A stretch of DNA of 42,286 nt, from positions 1-42,286 of the forward strand of contig JAAYCD010000032.1 in assembly GCA_012744375.1 (NCBI GenBank). Direction: 5' to 3'. Below, in pieces: positions 1 through 9,767 of the stretch. The translations under genes were made by a program, and so were the position numbers. The stretch comes from Erysipelotrichaceae bacterium. GTDB lineage: Bacteria; Bacillota_I; Bacilli_A; RFN20; CAG-826. The stretch's first letter is position 1, and the number at the start of each line of letters is the position of its first letter. The notes beneath the pieces are model-generated. The model worked only from the letters and a program-made list of their open reading frames with translations. It had not been told where the DNA came from and searched no databases.

Positions 1-1899
1 AATGATTCTATACACTCTATCTAAGAAGCGACGAGCACCTTCGACTCCTTGCTCACTCCAAGGTTTGCTAGCTTCAAGTGGCCCCATAAACATTTCATAA
101 AGTCTTAATGTATCTGCACCATATTGCTTGACGATATCACTTGGATCAACGACAAATTGTGGGTAGCGTTTACCCATTTTGATATTGTTACTACCTAAAA
201 TCATGCCTTGATGCACGAGTTTTTTGAATGGTTCGTCAAAAGAAATCAAACCTTTACTATATAAGTATTTAGTCCAAATACGTGAGTATAGCAAATGGCC
301 GACAGCGTGTTCAGGACCACCGATATATAGGTCGACTGGTAACCAGTGGTCAGCAAGTTTTTTGTCGCAGAAAATGTTGTTATTGTGTGGATCAACATAT
401 CTTAAGAAATACCAACTTGAACCTGCGCTTCCTGGCATGGTGGAAGTTTCTCTTTTGCCTTTAATCCCATTATGCTCATATTTAACCCATTCAGTAGCGT
501 TTTCAAGCGGAGCTTTACCACCACGACCTTTATAATTGTCAAGTTCTGGTAAAACTAACGGTAGTTCTTCGTCACTTAGGGCATGAATGGTTCCATCTTC
601 TAAATGGACAACAGGAACTGGTTCGCCCCAATATCTTTGGCGAGCAAAAATCCATTCCCTAAATTTATAGTTTACTTTAGCTTTGCCGATATTACGTTTT
701 TCTAAAGTCTCAATCATCTTATCGTTGGCATCCTGTTTATTTAAACCATTAATAAAGCCAGAGTTTATGTGCAAACCATCGCCTTCAAAAGCTTCCTCTG
801 CAATATTTCCACCTTCTAGCACAGGAATAATATCTAAACCATACTTTTTCGCAAATGCATAGTCACGAGAATCATGAGCAGGAACGGCCATTATCGCACC
901 AGTTCCATAACTAGAGAGAACATAGTCAGAAATATAAATTGGCACAAGTTTTTCACTTATAGGATTAATGGCGTATGCACCAGTAAAACAACCTGATTTA
1001 TCTTTAGTAGTTGAAGTTCTTTCAATTTCACTTTTGCTTGATGCTGCTACTTTATATGCTTCTATAGCCTCTTTTTGCTCGGCGGTAGTAATTATATCAA
1101 CGAGATAGTGTTCCGGGGCAAGCACGCAATACGTGCATCCATAAATAGTATCTGGCCGTGTAGTAAACACAACGAAAGATTCGCGTGAATTAGCGACCTT
1201 AAACTCAATTTCTGCACCGATGGATTTACCGATCCAGTTTCTTTGAATTTCTTTTGTGGATTCTGGCCAATCAATTTTTTCTAAGCCTTCTAAAAGTTGC
1301 TCGGCGAATTTTGGTTGGTCAATGACCCACTGCTTAAGGTTTTTGCGAACGACAGGAAAACCACCTCTTTCGCTTTTCCCATCGATAATTTCATCGTTAC
1401 TCAAAACGGTTCCGAGTTCTTCGCACCAATTAACAGGCATGTCGATGTATTTAGCATAGCCATCTAAAAATAATCCCTTAAAAATCCACTGAGTCCATTT
1501 ATAAAAACTTGGATCGGCAGTAGAAATTACTCTATCCCAGTCATAATCAAAACCTAGTTCCTTGAGTTGCTTTGTAAAATAAGCGATGTTTTCGTCGGTG
1601 AATTTACCTGGATGATTACCTGTTTGAATGGCATATTGTTCCGCTGGTAAACCAAAAGAATCATAGCCCATTGGATGTAAGACATTATAGCCTTGCATTC
1701 TTTTCATTCTGCTGACAATATCGGTTGCGGTATAGCCTTCTGGATGACCAGCATGTAAACCAGTACCGCTTGGATAAGGAAACATATCTAAAGCATAAAA
1801 CTTCGGTTTAGAAAAATCATAAACGTCAGTCTTAAAAGTGTGATTGTCTGACCAATATTTTTGCCATTTCTTTTCGATGTCACGATGATTAAATCCCAT
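1..1899 (-). CDS. leuS: Leucyl-tRNA synthetase, N-terminal ~633 codons. The 3' end runs off the window, so it is absent from the supplied ORF track.
   Basis: Reverse translation from ATG 1899..1897 reads [23 protein letters not shown]...[48 protein letters not shown], which carries the class I HxGH motif. Near position 1 it reads ...[61 protein letters not shown], a KMSKS-type loop plus the LeuS MFMGPL box. The frame is open all the way to position 1. Confidence 0.93.
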   Translation of the reverse strand, partial: MGFNHRDIEKKWQKYWSDNHTFKTDVYDFSKPKFYALDMFPYPSGTGLHAGHPEGYTATDIVSRMKRMQGYNVLHPMGYDSFGLPAEQYAIQTGNHPGKFTDENIAYFTKQLKELGFDYDWDRVISTADPSFYKWTQWIFKGLFLDGYAKYIDMPVNWCEELGTVLSNDEIIDGKSERGGFPVVRKNLKQWVIDQPKFAEQLLEGLEKIDWPESTKEIQRNWIGKSIGAEIEFKVANSRESFVVFTTRPDTIYGCTYCVLAPEHYLVDIITTAEQKEAIEAYKVAASSKSEIERTSTTKDKSGCFTGAYAINPISEKLVPIYISDYVLSSYGTGAIMAVPAHDSRDYAFAKKYGLDIIPVLEGGNIAEEAFEGDGLHINSGFINGLNKQDANDKMIETLEKRNIGKAKVNYKFREWIFARQRYWGEPVPVVHLEDGTIHALSDEELPLVLPELDNYKGRGGKAPLENATEWVKYEHNGIKGKRETSTMPGSAGSSWYFLRYVDPHNNNIFCDKKLADHWLPVDLYIGGPEHAVGHLLYSRIWTKYLYSKGLISFDEPFKKLVHQGMILGSNNIKMGKRYPQFVVDPSDIVKQYGADTLRLYEMFMGPLEASKPWSEQGVEGARRFLDRVYRII

Positions 1900-1916
1900 A
1901 ATGTGATGTCCTTTTT

Positions 1917-3353
1917 CTATTTGATGAGTAGGTGATAAAGTCTTAAATATTCTTGTGTGCTCTTTTCCCATGAGTTATCAGTATTAAGAGCATTTTTCAT
2001 TAATTGACGAAGTGTGGTTTTATCGTTATAGGTGTCTAAGGCATACAAAGCAGTTCTTGTCATCTCATTAGCATTATATGCATCAAACCCAAAGCCATTT
2101 GCCTCAGTTAAATTAGTCCCGTTATAACAAATTACTGAATCGCGCAGACCACCTGTTCTTCTCACTATCGGCAAGGCGCCATAGCGTTGCGCAATCATTT
2201 GTCCTAAGCCACAAGGCTCGAATAGTGACGGCATGATGAAGAAGTCACTCGCGGCATATATTAAGTGAGCAAGTGAGTCACTATATCCGAAATATAAGCC
2301 AATTTGATTAGGATGACGACTTTTTAATTCATTAAGTTTATCGATATATTGTTTTTCACCACTTCCAAGAATGATGTAGTTTGCCCCTTTTTCTAACAAT
2401 AGTTCTAAGGCTGGAAAAACAATATCAAAACCTTTTTGCCAAGTAATTCTTGTGACCATCGAAAAAAGTGGTCCAGGACGATTTTTTATACCGAGCTGAC
2501 TAAAAAGTGCCTCGCGGTTTGCTTTTTTACCACTGACAAGATTTTTAGTGCTGAAAGTTTTCACAATTAGCGCATCTGCTTCAGGGTTAAATTCGCTATA
2601 ATCGATGCCATTAAGTATACCGAGGAAATCCCATTCGCGATAACGTAGAACGCTGTCTAATCCCATCCCACCTTGAGGTGTTAATAGTTCTAAATGATGG
2701 GTTGGTGAGACGGTAGTGATTTTGTCGGAAAAAACGATACCCGCCTTAAGCGTGGATACTTGGTCATTAAAACGGACTGCCCCATTATCGAAAAGTTCAT
2801 CGGTTAGGTTATAAAAATCACCTAAAGAAAACTTTGGCATTAAACCTTGAAAAGCTGGATTGTGGATGGTAAAGACAAATTTAGCATTACCATATTTTTC
2901 TTCGCTATGATCGTCGATTTTAATTAAACAAGGTAACATTCCCGCTTGCCAATCGTGCACGTGAATGATATCTGGATATAAGTGTTTGACAAAAATAAAT
3001 TCTTTCGCGGCCATTGTGAAAAATGCAAAACGTTCCCCATCATCAAAATCGCCATATATATGCCCTCTTTCAAAATATTGTTTGTTTTGAATAAAGTAGT
3101 AATTAATATCTTCATATAGCGTATGGAAGACATTAACATTTTGTTTTCTCCATGACATATGCGTTCTAAAAGAAGCGGCCAAAGTCAGTTTGGAAAAAGC
3201 AAAAGGTGGTGTCAAAGTATCAAACATAGGTAAAATTATCGAGACTTCTTGACCAGTTTTAACCAATTGTTTCGACAAAGAATATACAACATCGGCAAGG
3301 CCGCCGGTTTTACAGTAAGGACGAGATTCGCTCGCCACCATGACAATTTTCAT
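1917..3353 (-). CDS. glgA: Glycogen (starch) synthase, ADP-glucose type
   Basis: 478 aa. N-terminus [23 protein letters not shown] is the K-T-GGL start typical of GlgA. C-terminal half contains [33 protein letters not shown]. Its ATG overlaps the glgD stop (TAATG). Confidence 0.95.
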   Translation of the reverse strand: MKIVMVASESRPYCKTGGLADVVYSLSKQLVKTGQEVSIILPMFDTLTPPFAFSKLTLAASFRTHMSWRKQNVNVFHTLYEDINYYFIQNKQYFERGHIYGDFDDGERFAFFTMAAKEFIFVKHLYPDIIHVHDWQAGMLPCLIKIDDHSEEKYGNAKFVFTIHNPAFQGLMPKFSLGDFYNLTDELFDNGAVRFNDQVSTLKAGIVFSDKITTVSPTHHLELLTPQGGMGLDSVLRYREWDFLGILNGIDYSEFNPEADALIVKTFSTKNLVSGKKANREALFSQLGIKNRPGPLFSMVTRITWQKGFDIVFPALELLLEKGANYIILGSGEKQYIDKLNELKSRHPNQIGLYFGYSDSLAHLIYAASDFFIMPSLFEPCGLGQMIAQRYGALPIVRRTGGLRDSVICYNGTNLTEANGFGFDAYNANEMTRTALYALDTYNDKTTLRQLMKNALNTDNSWEKSTQEYLRLYHLLIK

Positions 3354-4462
3354 TAGATATGCGCTCCAACACTAATATAAATGAATTCATCTTTTTCACC
3401 ACTGACATTGATGATTTCTTTAATTTTGACATTTTTATCAGTAACAACGAACTGCACAGAGGCGTTCTTACCGACTTTTGTTCCTGAATATAGAATACAA
3501 TCTTTAACAACAGCCCCCTCTTCAATGATGACATCACGTGAAATAACAGAATTGATGACGGTGCCTTTAATAATTGACCCGTTGGCAACAAAGGAGTTAC
3601 GAACTTCAGCTTGTTCGCCATACATTGTCGGTGGAGTGTTGTGGGTAGTTGTATAAATCGGCCAATCCTCTTTAAAAAGTTGCTTACGGATATCGTAACT
3701 TAAGAGGTCGATCGAATATTTAACAAAGTTTTGAAAGGTAAGAATCGGTATGACTAAACCATCAAAAGCAAAGGCATTAATTTGATACATTTGGTTATTA
3801 GCGATATGGCGAACCAAATCACGAATGTTAAATAGCGTAGAAATCTCTCGTGATTTCTTCACTAACTCGACAAATGTCTTAAAATTGAAAATGAACACTT
3901 CAAGGGAAACATCGGCTTCTTTGTTTTTACCCAAATTAATGGCAAACTTATCAACAACGCTGTCCTTTATATCAATAATGTCACAGTTGATGAATTCTTC
4001 ATCAGCGTTATCGACATGTTTATATATTAACGAAATTTCTTTGCCACTAGCGATATGCTGATCTAGGTAAGGTTTAAAGTCAATTGACATAACAAAGAAA
4101 GCAGGAGCAACGACGACATAATCAGCTTTTTCGTTTTCAAAGTTTTGGCGATTAGCTAAAAGATTATTGATGTCCGTATTAAATTTTGAAGATGGGACAT
4201 TTTCGTTATAAAAAATTCTTTGGTTACCAGTTTTGGTGTTGTTAATCCAAATAGAACCATCGCGTACGTGAGAAATAACCGAGTGTAAGGATGAATCGAC
4301 TAAAATTCCTACACGATCAATACCTGAGTTAGAGAAGTTTGAAAGTGGAAAGTCCATTAGACCATATCTACCTAAAAAAGATACAGTACCTATGGTGCGC
4401 TTTTCGGTCAGTTTACCAAGATGAGGCGCATCGTGTAAGTTACAAATACCAAATACTTTCAT
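3353..4462 (-). CDS. glgD: Glucose-1-phosphate adenylyltransferase regulatory subunit GlgD (non-catalytic GlgC paralogue)
   Basis: 369 aa with GlgC-like architecture (GLMDFPLSNFSNSGI; beta-helix-like C-terminus). The N-terminus MKVFGICNLHDAPHLGKLTEKR lacks the GGxGxRL loop. It sits between glgC and glgA, as in Firmicutes glg operons. Confidence 0.85.
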   Translation of the reverse strand: MKVFGICNLHDAPHLGKLTEKRTIGTVSFLGRYGLMDFPLSNFSNSGIDRVGILVDSSLHSVISHVRDGSIWINNTKTGNQRIFYNENVPSSKFNTDINNLLANRQNFENEKADYVVVAPAFFVMSIDFKPYLDQHIASGKEISLIYKHVDNADEEFINCDIIDIKDSVVDKFAINLGKNKEADVSLEVFIFNFKTFVELVKKSREISTLFNIRDLVRHIANNQMYQINAFAFDGLVIPILTFQNFVKYSIDLLSYDIRKQLFKEDWPIYTTTHNTPPTMYGEQAEVRNSFVANGSIIKGTVINSVISRDVIIEEGAVVKDCILYSGTKVGKNASVQFVVTDKNVKIKEIINVSGEKDEFIYISVGAHI

Positions 4463-4463
4463 A

Positions 4464-5591
4464 TTACTTTGTCACCTTTCCGCCGACGAGGACTATGGAA
4501 TCTGAATTCAAATTTACCGTCGCGCCAGCTTCAATTATTGAATTCGGAGCGACAATGACATTACTCAATTTGGCCCCTCTTCTAATAATGCAGTTTTCCA
4601 TGACCACACAGTAATTAAGTTCTGCATCTTCTTCAATTAAAACTTCATGAGAAATTACTGAAGCATATACTTTGCCTAAAATAATCGCACCTTGGTTGGC
4701 GATTGAGTTTTTCACATCCGCTTCACGGCCAAGATATTGTGGTGGGCTATATGTATCTTTGGTGTAAATTCTTGTAGTGTAGTCATCGTAAAGATTAAAA
4801 TTCTCACGATTTAAGGCTACATCCATATTCGCTTCGTGCAAAGATTGGATAGTACCGACATCACGCCAGTAACCTTTAAACCGATAAGCTTGAAGTTTCA
4901 AGCCATCTTGTAACATTGTCGGAATAATATCGCCACCAAAGTCATGAGTAGAGTTTTCATTTTCTTTATCGGCGATTAAATATTTTCTTAATAATTTCCA
5001 AGAGAAGACATAGACGCCCATCGAAGCAAGATTGCTTTTTGGATGCTTTGGCTTTTCTTGAAATTCAATGATGCGGTCGAATTCATCAACTGCCATAATA
5101 CCAAAACGAGATGCTTCACTAGGATCAACTTCAATAACGGAAATCGTTGCGTCAGCTTTGCTAGCCACGTGTAATGCAATCATGTCGTTATATGTCGTTT
5201 TATATATATGATCGCCAGAAAGAATAAGAACGTGTTCTGGGGCTAAACCATCAAGAAAATCGATATTTTGGGTAATAGCATCTGCTGTACCTTTATACCA
5301 GTTTGCCCCTTCATCAGTTTGGCGAGGGGCAATCGCCTGGAGCAAGGAGTGGACTCCGTTAAAACCCCATTTTTCACCATTTCCAATATAACTTTCCAAC
5401 AAAGTTGGTTCATATTGAGTTAATACACCGATAGTATTGATTCCACTATTGGCACAATTGCTTAAAGGAAAATCGATAATACGATATTTTGCAGCGAAAG
5501 ACACAGCAGGCTTTGCCATCTTCTTGGTCAAAATTCCTAATCTAGTACCTTTGCCACCGGCCAGAATCATTGCAACAACATTATGTGACAT
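4464..5591 (-). CDS. glgC: Glucose-1-phosphate adenylyltransferase (ADP-glucose pyrophosphorylase)
   Basis: 375 aa. Contains AMILAGGKGTRLGILTKKMAKPAV (GGxGxRL loop) and RIIDFPLSNCANSGI. An SD-like GAAAGGGGTG lies just upstream of the ATG. Confidence 0.95.
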   Translation of the reverse strand: MSHNVVAMILAGGKGTRLGILTKKMAKPAVSFAAKYRIIDFPLSNCANSGINTIGVLTQYEPTLLESYIGNGEKWGFNGVHSLLQAIAPRQTDEGANWYKGTADAITQNIDFLDGLAPEHVLILSGDHIYKTTYNDMIALHVASKADATISVIEVDPSEASRFGIMAVDEFDRIIEFQEKPKHPKSNLASMGVYVFSWKLLRKYLIADKENENSTHDFGGDIIPTMLQDGLKLQAYRFKGYWRDVGTIQSLHEANMDVALNRENFNLYDDYTTRIYTKDTYSPPQYLGREADVKNSIANQGAIILGKVYASVISHEVLIEEDAELNYCVVMENCIIRRGAKLSNVIVAPNSIIEAGATVNLNSDSIVLVGGKVTK

Positions 5592-5616
5592 AATACACCC
5601 CTTTCACTATGGGCTT

Positions 5617-5645
5617 ATTATATCATCTGCCTGCGCGTGTGATAA
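5617..5645 (-). promoter_or_regulatory. Candidate sigma-A promoter of the glgCDA-leuS operon
   Basis: On the minus strand: TTATCA (5645..5640), a 17-nt spacer, then TGATATAAT (extended -10; TATAAT = 5622..5617). This lies about 25 nt upstream of the glgC ATG. Confidence 0.5.
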
Positions 5646-5693
5646 CTATTTTCCGTCTGTTGTGCGAAAAAAATATCATAGTATACTAAGAGC

Positions 5694-6143
5694 ATGAAGT
5701 TACCAGTTGATAAAAAAAGAACCATTATCACATTTATCATCGTTGACATAATTTTTGCCCTATTGCTCTTTGTTTCGGCTTTAGATTTATTTCTTGATCC
5801 AAATTGGAGTCTCGGGCAATTTGGGATTATCGGCTTATTTGTCGTTGTGTCAGTTTTGATGTTAGTTTTATCTTTAACACGTAATTTCTACGTGATTGAA
5901 CCAAAATTTCTTGTGGTTGTTAAAGGAAGAAAAGAGTTGTACTACTACTACAATGACATCATCTTTATCGATCATGAACGCACAAAAAGGAAGAAAGTTT
6001 TAACCTTTGTAACTAATCAAGGACATGTTCGATATTTGCCTTTTGACCATGATGGAAAAATTTATGAAGCTTGTCTAGAAAAATGTCATAATCTTGTCGA
6101 TGAACAAGAATTACTCAGACGATTCCCGGCAATTAAGATTTAA
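5694..6143 (+). CDS. Small membrane protein of unknown function: two N-terminal TM helices plus a ~80-aa soluble tail, possibly a bacterial PH-like fold
   Basis: 149-aa ORF. Hydrophobic segments IITFIIVDIIFALLLFVSALDLF and FGIIGLFVVVSVLMLVLSL. No diagnostic motif. A candidate promoter, TTGTGC(5660-5665)-16 nt-TATACT(5682-5687), ends 6 nt before the ATG. Confidence 0.6.
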   Translation: MKLPVDKKRTIITFIIVDIIFALLLFVSALDLFLDPNWSLGQFGIIGLFVVVSVLMLVLSLTRNFYVIEPKFLVVVKGRKELYYYYNDIIFIDHERTKRKKVLTFVTNQGHVRYLPFDHDGKIYEACLEKCHNLVDEQELLRRFPAIKI

Positions 6144-6281
6144 ATTATAGGTTAATTTTGTTCACGTTTTTTATACGTTTATGTTATTTAGACGAATTGC
6201 CACTGGTCGTTCGTGTATACGAACAAATATAGCTACAAAATAACCTTATTCTTATTAAGAATACATTTTTTTATTTTGTTG

Positions 6282-6310
6282 TTGCTAAGATTATACCCTT
6301 GTGTTAATAT
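6282..6310 (+). promoter_or_regulatory. Candidate sigma-A promoter of rpmB
   Basis: TTGCTA (6282-6287), a 17-nt spacer, then TAATAT (6305-6310) preceded by TGT (extended -10, TGnTAATAT). A ~30-nt leader carries AGGAGG. Confidence 0.55.
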
Positions 6311-6340
6311 TAACAAGTCGAAAATTAGGAGGACTAAGAT

Positions 6341-6535
6341 ATGTCAAGAATTTGTCCAGTAACAGGTAAAGGTCCACTCAGTGGTAATAACCGTTCTCAC
6401 TCTTTAAGAGCCACACGCCGCAGATGGAATGCTAACTTACAAGTTCGTACTGTTATGATTGATGGTAAAGAAATGCGTATCCGCATGTCTACTAGGGCCT
6501 ATCGTAGCCTCAACAAACAATATAAGGATCGCTAA
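6341..6535 (+). CDS. rpmB: 50S ribosomal protein L28
   Basis: 64 aa: MSRICPVTGKGPLSGNNRSHSLRATRRRWNANLQ... is the canonical L28 N-terminus. AGGAGG lies 8 nt upstream. Confidence 0.95.
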   Translation: MSRICPVTGKGPLSGNNRSHSLRATRRRWNANLQVRTVMIDGKEMRIRMSTRAYRSLNKQYKDR

Positions 6536-6556
6536 TTTTCTTAATTTATCAATGAA

Positions 6557-6578
6557 GAAACGACTTAAGTCGTTTTTT
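6557..6578. terminator. Rho-independent terminator after rpmB. It probably also ends the convergent minus-strand operon.
   Basis: AAACGAC-TTAA-GTCGTTT hairpin (6557-6574) running into a T7 tract. The reverse complement is also followed by a TTTCTTC run. It lies in the 140-nt gap between convergent genes. Confidence 0.7.
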
Positions 6579-6675
6579 TATTATTGATATAGTTCATGAT
6601 AAGTTATCGTATAAATAATCATCGTTTAAAACAAAAAAAGAATAATGGTCCACTACTTTATATACGATATTTATT

Positions 6676-7359
6676 CTAAATGAAAAACATAATAACAATT
6701 GGTATAGAAGAAAGGACAAGGACAATATAACCAATCCATTCATTTAACGCTAAAGGAATGGTATTTGGTCTTTTTAATATTTCTTTACCCTCAGGAGTAA
6801 CTTCTTTCTGCAAATAAATTTGATATGTTGCACGTGGATTTAAGACACACACCAACATAACCAAAACTTGGATAGCGGCTACCACCAAGGCAAAAATGGA
6901 AAGGAAAACATCCAAATTATCAATCGCTCTTTCAAATGCTTGATATGCACTTAAACAGTTAAACGCAGGCAAAGCAATTGAAAGCACCAAAAACAAACTG
7001 GAAGCAATCATGTGTACTCTTAAATAATTAAGTGGCACTAATAATAGAACAATGGCTAATGCGACTAAGATGATGGCCATACTAAAAGATGCAATGCCAA
7101 TTACCAAACCAACTTGCTGACGAAAGAAAAAATTAAATAAATATAGGGCGATAGTTCCTAACCACGAAAGAATAAAGAAAATATTGCCGAATTTATTGTT
7201 GGAAAAGCTATCAGGATAATTAAGTTCATATGGAAACATTCGACGCATCACGTACTTTTCTTGATGTTTACGATAGTAAAATGCCTTTGCTACTAAATAG
7301 CCGTAGACAAAGAACATCAAAGTAAGAGCCGCTAAAGCGGTAACAAAAAATTGTTCCAT
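6676..7359 (-). CDS. Polytopic membrane protein (~6 TM) of unknown function, last gene of the gmk-to-rpe operon
   Basis: 227-aa ORF, strongly hydrophobic throughout. Its ATG overlaps the rpe stop (TAATG at 7357-7361). No recognisable family motif. Confidence 0.7.
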   Translation of the reverse strand: MEQFFVTALAALTLMFFVYGYLVAKAFYYRKHQEKYVMRRMFPYELNYPDSFSNNKFGNIFFILSWLGTIALYLFNFFFRQQVGLVIGIASFSMAIILVALAIVLLLVPLNYLRVHMIASSLFLVLSIALPAFNCLSAYQAFERAIDNLDVFLSIFALVVAAIQVLVMLVCVLNPRATYQIYLQKEVTPEGKEILKRPNTIPLALNEWIGYIVLVLSSIPIVIMFFI

Positions 7360-8018
7360 TATTTGATCAACTTCCGATAATCATTTTCAAAGTCATTGCT
7401 CTTAAATAAGTAACTGCCTACGACAAGGACATCAGCACCACTTTCGACGCATTTTGCGCCAGTATGCTCATTAATGCCTCCATCAACAGAGATTAAGATA
7501 TTAAGCTGTCTTTTATTAATTTCTTTTTTTAGTTTTGCGATTCTAATTAATGATTCAGGAAGGAAAAGTTGACCACCTTGGCCGGGATTAACACTCATAA
7601 TCAAAACTAAATCAAGTCGATCTAAATACGGAAGGATTTTTTCAATTTTGGTGTGTGGTTTTAATGAGATGCCCGCTTTCATGTTGTATGAATGAATTAA
7701 ATCAATCGTTTCTTTTATTTTTTGTGCGGAGCGATAAGTTTCTAAATGGAAGGTTAAATATTCTGCGCCTGCTTTTGCGAATTGTTCAATGAATTTAAGT
7801 GGATCACGAACCATAATATGCACGTCTTTAACTAGTTTAGTATGCGGAGCTACCTTTTCGAGAAATAAATTGCCGATGCTAATATTAGGAACAAAATGAC
7901 CATCCATCACATCGAAATGCATCCAAGAAGCACCTGCAGCGGTAATCTTTTCAATTTCATTGGCTAAATGCAAGTAATCACAATTGAGAATTGATGGAGA
8001 AATAATGACCTTTTTCAT
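7359..8018 (-). CDS. rpe: Ribulose-phosphate 3-epimerase
   Basis: The homologous part starts at MKKVIISPSILNCDYLHLANEIEKI...HFDVMDGHFVPN...MSVNPGQGGQ...VDGGIN. I moved the start to ATG 8018. The track start at 8123 would overlap rsgA by ~100 nt and adds non-homologous residues. Confidence 0.92.
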   Translation of the reverse strand: MKKVIISPSILNCDYLHLANEIEKITAAGASWMHFDVMDGHFVPNISIGNLFLEKVAPHTKLVKDVHIMVRDPLKFIEQFAKAGAEYLTFHLETYRSAQKIKETIDLIHSYNMKAGISLKPHTKIEKILPYLDRLDLVLIMSVNPGQGGQLFLPESLIRIAKLKKEINKRQLNILISVDGGINEHTGAKCVESGADVLVVGSYLFKSNDFENDYRKLIK

Positions 8019-8019
8019 A

Positions 8020-8880
8020 TTAGTACCTCTTAATTTTATATGGAGCATCAAGCGATAGTTTTTGATATATTTCGTAAACGAGCGAAGGAATGGTATGTGA
8101 AGATAAATAATGCTTAACCGCACATCTATTTTCGCTCAAATGCAAACAATTTGCAAAGTAACATTTATTATATAAAGTGTTAAAACTTGGATAGAAGACT
8201 GCTAATTCTTCTTTTGATAGTTCTAAATCTAATGCAGAGAATCCAGGTGTGTCAGCAATATAACCACCTTGATATGGCAAAAGTATAACTTCTTTTGTGC
8301 GGTGCTTGCCTCGACCAAGAGCTTTTGAATATTCACCAATTGCGCGTGCATAATTCGTATCGATAGCATTAATGAGTGAAGACTTGCCAACACCGGTTTG
8401 TCCCATGATACAACTGACTTCGTTTTTAAAGAGTTTTTTTACTTCATCAAGACCCTCTTTGGTCTTGTTAGAAATAAAGTATACATGAATATTTAGACTT
8501 TCGAAGGTGCTTTTAATTTGTTCGACAAGTTTAATATTCTCATTTTTATCAATTTTAGTGATGACAAGACTAACTTTTAGATTGTGCATATTGGCATAGG
8601 TTAAATATTTGAATGCTAAAAGATAAGAAAAGTCTGGTTCAACAAGTGAGAAAACGAGTACTAATTGCGTGATATTTGCTATCGCCGGCCTTTTTAGAAT
8701 TGTCGAGCGCGGAAAAACATCATTCATCACTAAATCAATTTCATCAAATTCAACATAGTCTCCGACCATTGGTTTAATCCCTTGTTGACGAAAAGCACCG
8801 CGAGGTTTTATATAAAAAAGTGTTCCGTTAACGCTGACGGCGTAAGTGCCGAAACTGGATGCAACAACTAAGCCTTTCAT
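8020..8880 (-). CDS. rsgA: Ribosome small-subunit-dependent GTPase A (YloQ/CpgA)
   Basis: 286 aa. Circularly permuted GTPase with ITKIDK (G4) ahead of GQTGVGKSSLINA (G1), and a C-terminal zinc motif CYFANCLHLSENRCAV. Confidence 0.92.
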   Translation of the reverse strand: MKGLVVASSFGTYAVSVNGTLFYIKPRGAFRQQGIKPMVGDYVEFDEIDLVMNDVFPRSTILKRPAIANITQLVLVFSLVEPDFSYLLAFKYLTYANMHNLKVSLVITKIDKNENIKLVEQIKSTFESLNIHVYFISNKTKEGLDEVKKLFKNEVSCIMGQTGVGKSSLINAIDTNYARAIGEYSKALGRGKHRTKEVILLPYQGGYIADTPGFSALDLELSKEELAVFYPSFNTLYNKCYFANCLHLSENRCAVKHYLSSHTIPSLVYEIYQKLSLDAPYKIKRY

Positions 8881-9767
8881 TATTTAAAACCAAAAACGCG
8901 AGAAAGCCATGATTTCTTCTCTTTGAGAAGGAGAGGGTTCTTGCTTATTTCTAATAAGTCATCATAAAATTCGTCAGCACCCTTATAACGTTCTTGCAAA
9001 CGTTTTTTTGTGGCAGAAGCCACAATTTTTTCTATTTCTTTAGGGCACGCCGGCAAATATTTTTTTACCATTGGAAATTTATCTTTGATATGCGCAACCG
9101 CGACATTAATCGGGGTATCTTTATCAAAAGGTACATGACCCGTTAAAAGTTCATAAAAAGTTACTCCAGCGGCATAAATATCAGATTGAATGGAAGCGGG
9201 TTTACCTTGAGATATTTCTGGCGCTAAATAATGGACCGAACCTACGATTTCGCTCGTTTTTGTTAAATCATCATCGACGCCTTCGGCAACCGCAATTCCA
9301 AAATCACCAAGTTTAATAGTCCCATCTGGCATCACGTAAATGTTTTGTGGCTTAACATCACGATGAATGATGTTGTGCTGATGCGCATAAAATAATGCTG
9401 AGGTTAGTTGAAGCATATAGCTCACTGCTTCGGCAAGTGGAATATTACCGCGAAAGTCGAGCATATCTTTCATCGTTTGACCACGAACAAATTCATTTGC
9501 GATATATGGTCGACCTTCAATCGTGCCGTGGTTATAAACTTTTACAATATTGGGATGATTTAAAGAAGAAGCGATCGTTGCTTCATTTTTAAACCTGCGT
9601 AAATTTATCGGATTTCGCATGACGTCTTCGCGAATCATTTTAATAGCTACTTTGCGTTTATTGATGATGTCAGTTGCTTCATAAACTTCTGCCATCCCAC
9701 CATGGCCAATACGCGCTTCGATACGATAACGTCCGTCAACTAATGCACCGATTTTTATCGTACTCAC
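8880..9767 (-). CDS. prkC: Hanks-type Ser/Thr protein kinase, catalytic domain only (no TM, no PASTA)
   Basis: Contains GHGGMAEVY, VAIK, HRDVKPQNI, DFG and APE motifs. The likely start is GTG 9767, preceded by GGGAGG 7 nt upstream and overlapping the prpC TGA (GTGA). The TTG start at 9782 in the track is less likely. Confidence 0.9.
   Translation of the reverse strand: MSTIKIGALVDGRYRIEARIGHGGMAEVYEATDIINKRKVAIKMIREDVMRNPINLRRFKNEATIASSLNHPNIVKVYNHGTIEGRPYIANEFVRGQTMKDMLDFRGNIPLAEAVSYMLQLTSALFYAHQHNIIHRDVKPQNIYVMPDGTIKLGDFGIAVAEGVDDDLTKTSEIVGSVHYLAPEISQGKPASIQSDIYAAGVTFYELLTGHVPFDKDTPINVAVAHIKDKFPMVKKYLPACPKEIEKIVASATKKRLQERYKGADEFYDDLLEISKNPLLLKEKKSWLSRVFGFK

Noticed and set aside
224-1459. 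Plus-strand ORFs of 60-103 aa at the left edge (224..535, 282..464, 1256..1459), and the minus-strand ORF at 1092..1274
   Set aside because: All lie within the leuS coding region, antisense or out of frame. leuS itself is missing from the track only because it has no in-window stop.
1900-1916. Looked for a T-box leader or promoter upstream of leuS
   Set aside because: Only 17 nt separate the glgA stop from the leuS ATG, so a ~200-nt T-box cannot fit.
6209-6224. Hairpin GTTCGT-GTAT-ACGAAC, plus a nearby ATTCTTA/TAAGAAT palindrome followed by a T-run (about 6248-6275)
   Set aside because: The stems are only 5-7 bp and mostly A/T. They may weakly terminate the upstream 149-aa gene, but they are not convincing as a structured RNA or riboswitch.
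6181-6243. 20-codon basic sORF (MLFRRIATGRSCIRTNIATK) in the gap upstream of rpmB
   Set aside because: It has no SD and no supporting promoter, and it is short enough to arise by chance in a 197-nt AT-rich spacer.
8019-8123. 35-codon N-terminal extension of the rpe ORF in the track
   Set aside because: The extension overlaps the rsgA 3' end and has no homology to epimerases. The conserved Rpe N-terminus begins at ATG 8018, directly after the rsgA stop.
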